64,000 nt of DNA from the NCBI GenBank assembly GCA_964563615.1, contig CAZLWF010000002.1, forward strand, positions 1,859-65,858, read 5' to 3'. Below, one piece after another: positions 17,966 through 28,353 of this stretch. Every line of letters starts with the position of its first letter. The stretch's first letter is position 1. The notes below the pieces were generated by a model that saw only the letters and a program-made list of their open reading frames with translations, made no database searches and was not told where the DNA came from. A program made the position numbers and the translations under genes. Source of the DNA: an uncultured Candidatus Saccharibacteria bacterium (GTDB lineage Bacteria > Patescibacteriota > Minisyncoccia > Phycocordibacterales > UBA9973).

Positions 17966-19198
17966 ATGTACGATGTCATTATTGTTGGTGGTGGGGCATC
18001 GGGCATGATGGCAGCAGCCGTTGCTGGAGAATCTGACAAGCGAGTACTCTTGATTGAAAAGAATAAAAATCTCGGCGAGAAATTGAAAATCACTGGTGGC
18101 GGCAGGTGTAATATCACCAATGCCGAGTATGATGTGCACAAATTTCTCGCTCACTACGGCAAAGCAGCACCATTTCTGTATTCACCATTCTCGCAATTTG
18201 GTGTTAAGGATACATTTAGATTTTTTGAATCTCACGGTTTACCCCTTGTCGTCCAAGCTCGCAATCGCGCATTTCCCCATACAGAACGAGCACTCGATGT
18301 GTATCTCACGCTCGAGAAAATACTCAAGAAAAATAATGTCACTATTTTAACTAACTCTCCTATTACAAGGATTTCACATAAAGACAACCAAATCACCAGT
18401 GTTTTTGTGAAGAGTAGAGAGTATAAAGCATCAAAATATATCTTGGCTACAGGCGGTATATCACACCCCGAAACAGGCTCTACTGGTGATGGATTTGGTT
18501 TTCTGAAAAATCTTGGTCACGCGATTATCAAACCAACACCGACGATCGTGCCACTTAAAGTGCCAGAAAAATGGGTACAAACACTTGCCGGTGTATCACT
18601 TGATTTTATGAAAATTACTTTTTTTGTTGATGATAAACGTATGCTAACAAAAAAAGGCAAAGTGCTCTTTACTCATTTCGGATTATCTGGTCCGCTTATC
18701 TTAAACGCAGCAAGTGAAGTCTCAGGTCTTCTCGAGGGTGGCAAAGTGACTGCAGCCATTGATTGCTTCCCCGATACTGACCATGGCGCACTCGACTCTA
18801 GAATAATCGCGGTGTTCGATGCAAACAAAAACAAAATGCTTAAAAACATTTTCAAAAATATTGCACCAGAAGGTATGAGTGAAGCAATACTATCGCTTCT
18901 CCCAGAGACAATTGACCCAAACACAAAAGTCCACAGCATTACCGTTCCAATGCGCAAACATATCGTGCAACTTTTGAAATCCTTACCACTTACTATAAGT
19001 GGACTCATGGGGTATGACCGAGCGGTTGTCTCTGATGGCGGTGTACCATTAACTGAGATAGATACCAAACGTATGAAGTCGCTCATTATTGAAAATCTAT
19101 ATGTTACCGGAGACCTGCTCCATATCAATCGTCCCTCTGGTGGTTATTCTCTGCAATTATGCTGGACAACTGGATATGTCGCAGGCAAGCAAATATAA
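17966..19198 (+). CDS. HI0933/YhiN/BaiN-family flavoprotein
   Basis: VGGGASGMMAA, KLKITGGGRCNITN, ATGG.S.P.TGSTGDG, LFTHFGLSGP, GGY.LQ..W.TG. Confidence 0.93.
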   Translation: MYDVIIVGGGASGMMAAAVAGESDKRVLLIEKNKNLGEKLKITGGGRCNITNAEYDVHKFLAHYGKAAPFLYSPFSQFGVKDTFRFFESHGLPLVVQARNRAFPHTERALDVYLTLEKILKKNNVTILTNSPITRISHKDNQITSVFVKSREYKASKYILATGGISHPETGSTGDGFGFLKNLGHAIIKPTPTIVPLKVPEKWVQTLAGVSLDFMKITFFVDDKRMLTKKGKVLFTHFGLSGPLILNAASEVSGLLEGGKVTAAIDCFPDTDHGALDSRIIAVFDANKNKMLKNIFKNIAPEGMSEAILSLLPETIDPNTKVHSITVPMRKHIVQLLKSLPLTISGLMGYDRAVVSDGGVPLTEIDTKRMKSLIIENLYVTGDLLHINRPSGGYSLQLCWTTGYVAGKQI

Positions 19199-19226
19199 AA
19201 ATATCCCGCTTATGCGGGATATTTTT
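19197..19226. terminator. Bidirectional intrinsic terminator
   Basis: AAAAATATCCCGC-TTAT-GCGGGATATTTTT between convergent genes. Confidence 0.8.
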
Positions 19227-19238
19227 ACTGAACACCTT

Positions 19239-19487
19239 TTACATATTCTGTGGAGGCATTGAGCTAGGAGCTCCTGGACCTTTTGTCATACATTCTTTGC
19301 AATTTTTCTTGTGGCTCACGATCTCATACACAGCTGAGAGACCGACAAGAATATAAATTATGCGTGAGATGATTGCTGCTTGGCCGCCAAAGACTTGACC
19401 AACGTCCCAACCAATAACTCCAACAAGGAGCCAATTAAGACCTCCAATAATAAGGAGAATAAATGTAACTGTATGCAATGATTTCAT
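19239..19487 (-). CDS. DUF378 (YuzA-like) membrane protein
   Basis: LLIIGGLNWLLVG...SRIIYILVGLSAVY. Confidence 0.9.
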   Translation of the reverse strand: MKSLHTVTFILLIIGGLNWLLVGVIGWDVGQVFGGQAAIISRIIYILVGLSAVYEIVSHKKNCKECMTKGPGAPSSMPPQNM

Positions 19488-19608
19488 AATTAAAAACTAT
19501 TAGTAATAATACTTTCCTTGGTATTATTGTATCCTTGATTGGCATTTGGCACTAGTGGAAAACTACTACACTAATGAAAAACCAATAAAACTGTGTATAC
19601 TAGGTGGT

Positions 19609-20358
19609 ATGACATTGCCAAAACTTATTATTTTTGACCTCGACGATACGCTCTCTCTTAGCAAAACTCCAATCAGCCACCCCATGACCAATCTGCTCTC
19701 GAGCTTATTGCAACAAAAGAAAGTCGCTATTACTTCAGGCGCATCATTTGCTCAATTTGAAAAGCAATTACTCACGCATCTATCATGCACAGATGAACAA
19801 CTGGCAAATCTTTATTTACTTCCTACCGACGGCGGTAGTTTCTATATCTACAAAGAGGGATGGAAAGAAATATACAAAGAAATTTTAAGCGAAACTGAAA
19901 AACAGAAAATTATTACAGCATTTGAGCAGGCATTTGCAGAAACCGGTATCGAAAAATCAAACAACCCTGCAGGCAATTTATTCGATGACCGCGGATCACA
20001 AATTACCTTTTCAGCTCTTGGTATTGATGCGGCACTTGAGCAAAAAAGGCTCTGGGATCCTGAGCATACCAAGCGTAAACAAATAATTGCCGTATTAACA
20101 AAACTACTGCCAAATTACGCAATAAGCGTTGCTGGCACAACATCAATTGATGTCACCAAAGCTGGTATTGATAAAGCATACGGCATCAAGCAGCTTCTCA
20201 CATATACTAATGTACCCCTGAAAGAAGCTGTGTACGTGGGAGATGCACTTTTTGAAGGCGGTAATGATGCAGTCGTTATCCCGCTCGGCATAGCAATCGT
20301 TACAGTCAACGGACCGAAAGAAACAGCAACCTATATTGAGTCCATACTTGCAGAGTAA
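19609..20358 (+). CDS. HAD-IIB hydrolase, phosphomannomutase-like
   Basis: FDLDDTL, ITSG, DRGSQITFSALG, GTTSIDVT, DKAYG, GDALFEGGND. Confidence 0.88.
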   Translation: MTLPKLIIFDLDDTLSLSKTPISHPMTNLLSSLLQQKKVAITSGASFAQFEKQLLTHLSCTDEQLANLYLLPTDGGSFYIYKEGWKEIYKEILSETEKQKIITAFEQAFAETGIEKSNNPAGNLFDDRGSQITFSALGIDAALEQKRLWDPEHTKRKQIIAVLTKLLPNYAISVAGTTSIDVTKAGIDKAYGIKQLLTYTNVPLKEAVYVGDALFEGGNDAVVIPLGIAIVTVNGPKETATYIESILAE

Positions 20359-20360
20359 AT

Positions 20361-22031
20361 TTATTCTTTATGATGCTGATGCAAGAGCGGCATGTATCCT
20401 TCTTCTATATATTCCCTCAACATTCGAGACGCAGAAAATTTCTCAAGTATTAATTCTCTGCCTGCTTTCATTCTCTTGATCCAATCAGTCTCCGTTTGAT
20501 TTTTTATGTATGTGTAATACGTAGGTATAATTTCTTGCTCCACTATATCAAGCAATTTAGTGCCAATATTTGGTTCGTCAATAATCCAACCAATATTTTC
20601 CATAGCTACCTCTGCTATCCAACCATCCCGAGTTGATAATGGTAATGATCCATTCAAAAGTGCCTTCATACCACTCGTGCCACAAGCCTCAGAACCGATC
20701 ATGGGAGTATTAAGCCATATATCAGTACCTGAAGTCATAAGTGAGGCTATATCTAAATTATAATTTGGAAGAAAAACTGCACTACCTTTAAGGTCAGTGG
20801 CAAAGAGTGTGCGCAGCATAGTAACTAATGTATTGGCATTTTCATTACCATTTTCAGTTGGACCAGAGAACACAATTCGAACTGGGGTTTGAGATTTTGA
20901 TATAATTTCTTTAAGTCTCACAATATCCGAGAAAAATGCGAGTGGCTGCTTGTAATCAACCGTTCGTCTCGCCCAGCCAATCAAAAGTTCGTCTTCATGC
21001 CAGGTTTCACCACTAATATCAAAAATATATTTTAGGAGTTTGGTTTTATTTGTTTGGTGAATCTTAAAAATATCTTCTGCACCACCCGGCCCTATCTTAT
21101 CCCAACGTGGAATATAGATACCATTAGTAATTGGCTGCATAGGATGCTCTGGCCAGAGTACTTTTGCCTTTTGCCCATGCAGTACACTGACAGCATTAGT
21201 TTTACTCGAAAGTCGAAACGCAAGCGTCGTCATTGAAAACGCATCTCCGTTTTTGCCAAGCTCAACTATATCATATGTTGCCACACCAATTTCTTCAGCA
21301 TAGTTTTTCATGAGACTCGCAGCAGTCTCAAGAGAAAACTGCTCTTGACCGGCAGGTACAAGCGTATGGTTAGTAAAGAGCACATGTTTCTTTGCATAAT
21401 CGCATGCAGTTTTAAAATCGACATGACGGTGTTCCATCTCGTGATGAGCAAGCTCGAGCCCAAGAAATGCTGAATGACCTTCATTGAGATGATATACCGA
21501 CGGGTGATGACCTAGGCGCTTTAACAATCTAAAGCCACCGATGCCTAAAAGAATTTCTTGCTTCAATCGAAGTGTGCGATCTTCTACGTAGAGCACCTGT
21601 GTAATACTTCGATCATCTGGATGGTTTGTATCAATATTTGTATCCAAAAAATAGAGTGGGAAGTTATTCCAAACAAAAGCTTTTGCGTGAACAATCCGAT
21701 CTCCGATAGGGAGCGATATAACCACTGGCACTCCTTCAGCATCTATAAGCGGCACAAGTTTTGCTTCTGCCATATGCTCTTCTATTTCAGCGCCCATTGA
21801 TATAACTGAATGCTGGGCATTATGGTAACGAAGTCCGATGCCAATAATCGGGAAAGTATGGGAGACAGTTTCATGGATATAATCCCCTGCTAAAACTCCT
21901 AAGCCACCCGCATATGTCGGTAAGGCAGAATCCAATGCATATTCAGCAGAAAAATACGCAATCGGATTTTTCTCAAATATTTTATAATCTTCAGTATTTT
22001 TTAAATTTGCAAACCAATCATTGATATTCAT
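20361..22031 (-). CDS. glgP: Alpha-glucan (glycogen) phosphorylase, compact form
   Basis: YFSAEY, YAGGLGVLAGD, HLNEGH, FTNHT, ITNG, WARR...YK, EACGTSGMKALLNG. Confidence 0.92.
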   Translation of the reverse strand: MNINDWFANLKNTEDYKIFEKNPIAYFSAEYALDSALPTYAGGLGVLAGDYIHETVSHTFPIIGIGLRYHNAQHSVISMGAEIEEHMAEAKLVPLIDAEGVPVVISLPIGDRIVHAKAFVWNNFPLYFLDTNIDTNHPDDRSITQVLYVEDRTLRLKQEILLGIGGFRLLKRLGHHPSVYHLNEGHSAFLGLELAHHEMEHRHVDFKTACDYAKKHVLFTNHTLVPAGQEQFSLETAASLMKNYAEEIGVATYDIVELGKNGDAFSMTTLAFRLSSKTNAVSVLHGQKAKVLWPEHPMQPITNGIYIPRWDKIGPGGAEDIFKIHQTNKTKLLKYIFDISGETWHEDELLIGWARRTVDYKQPLAFFSDIVRLKEIISKSQTPVRIVFSGPTENGNENANTLVTMLRTLFATDLKGSAVFLPNYNLDIASLMTSGTDIWLNTPMIGSEACGTSGMKALLNGSLPLSTRDGWIAEVAMENIGWIIDEPNIGTKLLDIVEQEIIPTYYTYIKNQTETDWIKRMKAGRELILEKFSASRMLREYIEEGYMPLLHQHHKE

Positions 22032-22039
22032 GTGTGTAT

Positions 22040-23506
22040 TTAAATTCCTCGCTGTTCAGGCTGACCAGACGCGAGTCTCTGATATTCGCGTTTATATTTC
22101 TCAATCATATCGAGCACATCACCATTGGTAATTTTCTGTCGCAGCAAATCAATCGCATGTAGTGAATCATATAAATCATTCTTTGTCTCAAGTTTCCAAA
22201 TTGCATCACGCCATAGTATTGCTTCCTCAAAATTCTCTTTTACTACTGCTTCTTTGATCTTTATTTTCATAAGCTCAATAAATGCAGCATACACCCAGGG
22301 CTCACTTGCTGTTTTATCTTTAAATGGAATTCGTGGAATTTCACGATACTCTTTATAAATTTCCTTAATATATCCTGTGCGTTGCCAACTGAATGCCGAA
22401 GCTATGATTGCATAATACAGCTCAAGTGCTTTGGCACTTGCTACATCTTCTACATTTTGAGTTTTTTTAATCGTATCGAGTAATAGCCAAGCTCCTGATT
22501 CGATTACTTCCAGTGACCACCATGGCCTCGCCGATGCCCAGAAAAAATGATCTGAGGCTAATGCTTCATCAAGTAAATGGCGCGCAACAGAATCCTCCAT
22601 ATGTTCATTTTTGACAGTTTCAATTGCTAATTGCTGTAGTTCCCACTGCATTCGATGAATAGTATTATTTGGGTCATCCCACGTTAAAAATTGATTCCCT
22701 TCTTCAATATCTTTTTCAGTGGATGCCCAAGTTGAAATAACAGGCTGAATAACTTTTCTCGCTGCTATATCCCTGATTAAATCTTCTATAAAAACATGTT
22801 CAAAATCAGTTGTTGTCAGGAGTCCTGTCAAAAGCTTTTGCAACCCAGGGCGATGATGGCCAAACGTTTCCCCATCCATACCAGTAACTAAGTAGTTTTT
22901 TGACTTGAAATCTTCCATGTCTTTGAAATCTTCTTCTCGACGCACCAATGCGCTCATAATTAAATTTGAGTAAGTTCGTTCACGAAAAAAAACTGAAAGC
23001 GAAGTATTTTCAATCGTATAGACAACACTTGTATCAACTCCAGCGACCCGTCCATTGAAACCAACCTCATCAATCAGTATCCACGTATAGCCTAATTTCT
23101 CAATAATTGGAGCAATGAGGGGGGCATACGCCATTTCCGGGGGGAAAAAACCTTTTGGATTGTATACTTCACCGAAAATTTTCTGATTAGTTTCAAAATT
23201 AAGCGTAATTTGGCGAATTATTTCATCCTCTGATAGAAATGGTAAGAGTGCATGATATTTAGCACTGCCAGTGAATTCGATTTGACCTCTCACAGCAACA
23301 AAAATAATATCATCAATTAAATCTTGAAATCCTAGTGACACGAACTGTTCAGAAAGTGCAGCATTGATGTTGAGTGTAATTTTTGCATTGGGATTTTCTC
23401 TGAGCGTTTTTAAAAGAGGACGATAGCTCTCATTTGCCACCCGCGTCACAATATCTGCTGCTTGGTTTGCGGGCTGATAAATATGGAGAAAATTTACCCA
23501 GCGCAT
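22040..23506 (-). CDS. Glycoside hydrolase family 57 protein
   Basis: LHIYQP, YHALLP, FPPEMAY (catalytic E), MDGETFGHH (catalytic D), ASDHFFW. Confidence 0.88.
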   Translation of the reverse strand: MRWVNFLHIYQPANQAADIVTRVANESYRPLLKTLRENPNAKITLNINAALSEQFVSLGFQDLIDDIIFVAVRGQIEFTGSAKYHALLPFLSEDEIIRQITLNFETNQKIFGEVYNPKGFFPPEMAYAPLIAPIIEKLGYTWILIDEVGFNGRVAGVDTSVVYTIENTSLSVFFRERTYSNLIMSALVRREEDFKDMEDFKSKNYLVTGMDGETFGHHRPGLQKLLTGLLTTTDFEHVFIEDLIRDIAARKVIQPVISTWASTEKDIEEGNQFLTWDDPNNTIHRMQWELQQLAIETVKNEHMEDSVARHLLDEALASDHFFWASARPWWSLEVIESGAWLLLDTIKKTQNVEDVASAKALELYYAIIASAFSWQRTGYIKEIYKEYREIPRIPFKDKTASEPWVYAAFIELMKIKIKEAVVKENFEEAILWRDAIWKLETKNDLYDSLHAIDLLRQKITNGDVLDMIEKYKREYQRLASGQPEQRGI

Positions 23507-23511
23507 AGTAG

Positions 23512-24996
23512 TTATTGATTAAATTGGTTACGCGCTCGCTCAAAAAGCTTGGCATATTCTTTGGCGGACTTTTCCCAAGAAAAGTTTGCCTGCATCGCAT
23601 GATGCTGAATATCTTGCCAATGATTTTTATGCTTATGTGTCTCGTGTGCCCTTATAAATGCACCAAAAAATGCATACGGATCATACTTGTCAAACAGAAA
23701 TCCAGTACCAGATTTTGCTACTGGATCATAGTCCTCGATACTATCAGCTAACCCGCCGATTTTTCTTGCAATCGGTATTGCGCCATATCGCATCGCTTCC
23801 ATTTGGGTTAATCCAGATGGCTCAAACTTTGATGGTATTAAGATTGCATCTGCTCCTGCATAAATACTGTGAGGCAAAATAGTATCAAAAGAGAGATGTG
23901 TGGCGACTTGTGGATATTTCTTATCGAGCTCTTCAAAGAACGACATATACTTTGAATCCCCTGAACCAAGCACGATAAATTGAAAATCGTAATTATCTAA
24001 AAGCGGTTCAATAGTTTCAAGAACAAGATCAAGCCCCTTCTGCTTCGTCAATCGTGAAATGATTGCCACGACAAACACATCAGGACGACCATCAAGATTA
24101 AACTTTTGTTGTAATATTTTTTTATTCTTTTTGCGCTCGGATAAGTTTTTCTCAGTGTACGGATATTCAACATAGGGATTCGTTTCTGGATTATAAATAT
24201 CATAATTAAGTCCGTTTAAAATACCGAACAATCGAGAACGCCGCTCCTGAAGTAAAGGGTCCAAGAGTTCCCCATATTCCGGTGTCGTAATTTCCCGAGC
24301 ATAGGTAGGTGAGACCGTATTAATCACATCTGCATAGCGAATCCCGCGTCGCATAAAATTAAGCTTGCAAATTGCTGGGTCAGAAATTGCTGGGATTATT
24401 GTTTGCCCATCATCATATTCCAATTCACTAATATGCTTGTGGTTGAGTATCCCCTGATAATAAATATTATGAATGACAAAGACTGATGCGATTTCTCGCA
24501 TAACCGGATCATCTTTATATTCAGTTTGCATATAATTAGGAATGAGTCCACCTTGCCAATCATTGGCAACAATAATGCTTGGGCGCCACTTCTCATAGGT
24601 ACGCACAAATTCTATCGCACCGCGAGCCAACAATGCCCACCTAGAAGGATCATCATCATAGCCATAGACACTACCGCGTTTTTCAAAAAATTCTTGATTC
24701 TCAAGAAAATAATTGACCATACCATTGTCACTAACATATTCCTTGATATTGCAGATAATGGCTTCATCAGTTTTATTCGGCACTTCTAGTTGATGAACAA
24801 TCGTTTCCATTGGAAACTCTTTTTCATCAATGATTGCATATTTCGGTATCATAACTCGCACGTCATAATCCAAGTCCCGAAGTGCAAGTGGTAATGTCGA
24901 TAATATTTCTGCTAAGCCACCAACTTTGACGAATGGTACTGCCTCTGAGCCAACAAAGAGAATATTTAATTTTTTCTTTTTAGTAACTGTAAACAT
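23512..24996 (-). CDS. glgA: Glycogen synthase
   Basis: EAVPFVKVGGLA, NDWQ, IHNIYYQG, SRLTKQKG, PSKFEPSGLTQMEAMRYG. Confidence 0.95.
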   Translation of the reverse strand: MFTVTKKKKLNILFVGSEAVPFVKVGGLAEILSTLPLALRDLDYDVRVMIPKYAIIDEKEFPMETIVHQLEVPNKTDEAIICNIKEYVSDNGMVNYFLENQEFFEKRGSVYGYDDDPSRWALLARGAIEFVRTYEKWRPSIIVANDWQGGLIPNYMQTEYKDDPVMREIASVFVIHNIYYQGILNHKHISELEYDDGQTIIPAISDPAICKLNFMRRGIRYADVINTVSPTYAREITTPEYGELLDPLLQERRSRLFGILNGLNYDIYNPETNPYVEYPYTEKNLSERKKNKKILQQKFNLDGRPDVFVVAIISRLTKQKGLDLVLETIEPLLDNYDFQFIVLGSGDSKYMSFFEELDKKYPQVATHLSFDTILPHSIYAGADAILIPSKFEPSGLTQMEAMRYGAIPIARKIGGLADSIEDYDPVAKSGTGFLFDKYDPYAFFGAFIRAHETHKHKNHWQDIQHHAMQANFSWEKSAKEYAKLFERARNQFNQ

Positions 24997-24999
24997 AGA

Positions 25000-25587
25000 T
25001 TAATGAGCTTCTTTTCTCGGGATTATAGTAATCGGCGGAACCTCTGTATACATTGGATTTTTGACAAAAAGTGGCTTGCCATTTTCTTCAATCACATAAT
25101 AAGCGAACCCACGGAGTCTGTGCATTGGTTCGTAATCTGCATGACTTGGAGCTTTAACAGCATTTGTCTCTGCAAGATTGACCGGGCTATCATCGATTGT
25201 AACGAGCCAGCGTGGGCCAATATTTATCAATGTGTGCCCAAAATCCTCAGGTATTTTAATCGTATCGCCGGTTACTACGAATGTTGCAGAAATTGATTCA
25301 ATACTACCGTCGACAAATTTACCCTGTGCATCTTTTTTTCTCGTTTGCAGGAGTAAAATACCTTCACCACTAGTTATTGTGTAGGTTTCTATAAATGGAT
25401 ATGCGTGATAGTGACCATAGGCTTTAATATACTCACCGCCGACTGTACCATTTTCCCAAATTGTAATATTTGTCTTGTCAGTACCGCCGCGAATCATATA
25501 GTAATGAACCTGAGGCCCTATTGCCTCAGGATACATAAGCACGTCTTTCATTTCTTCATGAGTTCTCTCAGCAAATGGTGTATACAT
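25000..25587 (-). CDS. Cupin-type (archaeal-like) glucose-6-phosphate isomerase
   Basis: GTVGGEYIKAYGHYH...E.Y....GEG...IPEDFGHTLIN...DYEPM...GFAYY. Confidence 0.82.
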   Translation of the reverse strand: MYTPFAERTHEEMKDVLMYPEAIGPQVHYYMIRGGTDKTNITIWENGTVGGEYIKAYGHYHAYPFIETYTITSGEGILLLQTRKKDAQGKFVDGSIESISATFVVTGDTIKIPEDFGHTLINIGPRWLVTIDDSPVNLAETNAVKAPSHADYEPMHRLRGFAYYVIEENGKPLFVKNPMYTEVPPITIIPRKEAH

Positions 25588-25709
25588 AATAGCTGTAGTA
25601 TCTACACATGAATTATACCATACTAGAGGGATTACAGGCAGCGAGGCAATGAATACCTGTATATCTGGTATCTAATAATAAAACCCAAGTTTCCTTGGGT
25701 TTGCTTTTT

Positions 25710-26591
25710 TTATTTTTTAAATATTATTGCTGTATGACTTTCAAGTACATACGCAAGATTTGGATTGTGATCAATTTGTGTACGCGTTGAGTACGCTTTT
25801 TCACGCTCGATTTTGACTTTTTCCGCATACTCTCGCTCTTCTTTTGTTCCCAAATTCCCTGCTGCAGCCAGCAAGGCTTTTTCTTTAGCAGGGTTTAAAT
25901 ACATCTGAAGCGAAACTTCATACATATATAACTGCGCTGGATCAACATACGAAACAATAAATCCATCTCCCTCAATCGAAATCACTTTATTAAACACATG
26001 TGAGTCAATGCTATAGGCAGACATATAAGTACCATTTGCATTATCATTGTGATTTTTGAGCACATAGAAAATTGACAGGTTCAAAAATGCAAACTGAGGA
26101 CATGCAACTGTCTTTTTTTGTAATAGTTCATCTGGGTAAAACTTATGATAAGATTCAAAGCTTACAGATGGATCATAGTGATCATCATAGTTTAGGCGCG
26201 CTGACGTAATAAGCCCAGATACTAGTACAAGATCATGGATAGATAATTTTTTAATACTTGTCTCACTGTACCCTAACACTGCGGCATACTTTAGTACACT
26301 ATCTTCAAATGTTTGATAGTGTAAAATTCTAAAGTTATTGGTAAATGCATGGTTACTATATGCTTTTATACATTCGAAATAAAAATCTTTTTCAGTAAAT
26401 GTATTTCTTCTCGCTACCAATTCATCCAATTCTTTTGCATCAATAAAAGAACTTAGCGATGCTTTGACAAATTTATCATTACCACGATACACATCATGAG
26501 CGTTCGGAAAGTATGCAGTAAAGTCTACAACAGTTTGCCCAAAAATGACCCTTGGTAATACAAATGCTACGAACAAAAATATCGCTTTCAT
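25710..26591 (-). CDS. Secreted hypothetical protein, possible transglutaminase-like Cys-His-Asp enzyme
   Basis: Signal-peptide-like N-terminus and VACPQFA / SHVFN / YVDP motifs. Confidence 0.5.
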   Translation of the reverse strand: MKAIFLFVAFVLPRVIFGQTVVDFTAYFPNAHDVYRGNDKFVKASLSSFIDAKELDELVARRNTFTEKDFYFECIKAYSNHAFTNNFRILHYQTFEDSVLKYAAVLGYSETSIKKLSIHDLVLVSGLITSARLNYDDHYDPSVSFESYHKFYPDELLQKKTVACPQFAFLNLSIFYVLKNHNDNANGTYMSAYSIDSHVFNKVISIEGDGFIVSYVDPAQLYMYEVSLQMYLNPAKEKALLAAAGNLGTKEEREYAEKVKIEREKAYSTRTQIDHNPNLAYVLESHTAIIFKK

Positions 26592-26788
26592 ATTTAGTTT
26601 TTTCTTTCAGACTATGCTATATATTTTTATATGTCAACATTGTATTCTATTTTCCTGTACACAGTATTGATTTTCAATCGTAGTATATACAATAACCTTT
26701 GAGACAACTATACATATAGATAAACATGGTACACTAAAGAGTAGGAAAGATGAGGTAAAAGTAATGAGCAAAAATAGTAATACTAATC

Positions 26789-27058
26789 ATGGAAACAATT
26801 ATAAAAGCAGATATATTTTTCTTTATAACCACAATTTCGGTTGTTTTACTGACTATTTTTATTTTGATAGGTATCATATACGTATTGACCATGGTATCAA
26901 AAGCAAACAAGCTTCTCGATATACTAACCAAAGAGGTAACGGGAACTAATGCGTATATACAAGATATGCTAACTGACATACGGATGAGTAAAGTATTCAC
27001 ATTATTTTTCCACAGAAGCAAGAAGGCTTCACAGAGACGTCACGAAACAGAAAGTTAA
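26789..27058 (+). CDS. Small membrane protein
   Basis: One TM helix (DIFFFITTISVV) plus an amphipathic tail. Confidence 0.7.
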   Translation: METIIKADIFFFITTISVVLLTIFILIGIIYVLTMVSKANKLLDILTKEVTGTNAYIQDMLTDIRMSKVFTLFFHRSKKASQRRHETES

Positions 27059-27103
27059 ACGTTAGTATTTATTGAATTATTAGTTTAACAAACACAGCTT
27101 ATT

Positions 27104-27493
27104 ATGAAAAAAGAATCAAAAGTTTCCAGTGGAAATGGAGGTAAGATGATCGCTATGGGTGCAGGAGTTGCAGCTTTAGCTGTTGCAAGTTATTTTCTCT
27201 TAGGGCCAAGCGGCAAGACAAACCAAAAGAAGATAAAAAGTTGGATGGTCAAAATGAAAGGCGAAATTGGCGAAAAATTAGAAAATTTACAGGAAGTAAG
27301 TGAGCCAATCTATCAAAAAATAATTGATGGTGCAGCAAAAGCATACGCAACAGCACAGTCTGTTGATAAGAGTGAACTTGCAGCCTATGTCAAAAATCTT
27401 AAAGAAGACTGGCAACATATTGCCAAATCAGCAAAGAAAGTGAAGAAAAGCGTAAAAGCAACTTCACCGAAAAAGAAATCATCAAAGAAATAA
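27104..27493 (+). CDS. YtxH-like membrane-anchored protein
   Basis: GAGVAALAVASYFLLGPSGK followed by a helical Lys-rich region. Confidence 0.7.
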   Translation: MKKESKVSSGNGGKMIAMGAGVAALAVASYFLLGPSGKTNQKKIKSWMVKMKGEIGEKLENLQEVSEPIYQKIIDGAAKAYATAQSVDKSELAAYVKNLKEDWQHIAKSAKKVKKSVKATSPKKKSSKK

Positions 27494-27522
27494 ACTTTAT
27501 CAGAAATAACTCTAATAATATT

Positions 27523-27675
27523 ATGCTTATCACAATCGGCGTCATTCTTTTAATCTTGTGGCTACTCGGTATCGTCGGTCTCTACACAATTGGCTGGTAT
27601 ATTCACATACTTTTAATTGCTGCAGTTATTGTATTTTTAGTTCGTGTTATACGAGGCGAGAATCCAATAAAATAA
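27523..27675 (+). CDS. lmo0937/DUF5670-family small membrane protein (50 aa, below the ORF-track cutoff)
   Basis: Manual translation: MLITIGVILLILWLLGIVGLYTIGWYIHILLIAAVIVFLVRVIRGENPIK. Confidence 0.88.
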   Translation: MLITIGVILLILWLLGIVGLYTIGWYIHILLIAAVIVFLVRVIRGENPIK

Positions 27676-27687
27676 TTGTTACCTCTA

Positions 27688-27735
27688 ATAGCAAACAAAA
27701 AACGCCAGTTATAACTGGTGTTTTTTGTTTGCTAT
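27688..27735 (+). terminator. Intrinsic terminator
   Basis: ATAGCAAACAAAAAACGCCAGTT...AACTGGTGTTTTTTGTTTGCTAT. Confidence 0.75.
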
Positions 27736-27762
27736 ATGGATATAGTACGTTAGTATATACAT

Positions 27763-28326
27763 ATGAAACCAATAAAAAGGATACTACTTTCATGGCTGCC
27801 ATTTGCTGTATGCATAACCCTCATGCTAGCTGGCATATATATTGTTATCCAACAACAATTAAGGCAAAGTGCCAATGACCCACAAATACAAGTTGCAAAA
27901 GATACAGTCTTTGCGCTTGAACATGGAGCAAAACCAAATGTATTTGTCGCGGGAACGAGCATCCCACTTGAAACGAGCATTGCACCGTTTGTTATTGTTT
28001 ATGATGACAGTGGCAAACCAATTGTTGGATCAGGAAATATTAAAGGTGTACTGCCGACTCCCCCTTCTGGTGTCTTTGAATATACTAAAACACACGGCGA
28101 AAATCGTATCACTTGGGAACCAATCGTTGGCACACGCGAAGCGATTATTGTATTACCTTTTACTGCTGAGAACGTATCAGGCTATGTACTCGCTGGCCGA
28201 TCACTAGCAGAAACAGAGAATCGAGAAACAGAAGCATTGCAGCAGATTCTCCTTGTTTGGATCAGTGCATTGATTGGCACTTTTATTGCTGTATGGATGA
28301 AAGAAAAATACTATATCCTTAGATAA
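27763..28326 (+). CDS. Hypothetical protein with two TMs around a Cache-like extracellular domain
   Basis: QQQLRQSANDPQIQ, PFVIVYDDSG, TWEP..GTREA, GYVLAGRSL. Confidence 0.7.
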   Translation: MKPIKRILLSWLPFAVCITLMLAGIYIVIQQQLRQSANDPQIQVAKDTVFALEHGAKPNVFVAGTSIPLETSIAPFVIVYDDSGKPIVGSGNIKGVLPTPPSGVFEYTKTHGENRITWEPIVGTREAIIVLPFTAENVSGYVLAGRSLAETENRETEALQQILLVWISALIGTFIAVWMKEKYYILR

Positions 28327-28353
28327 GAACTAGACTTAAATTACGATACTATA

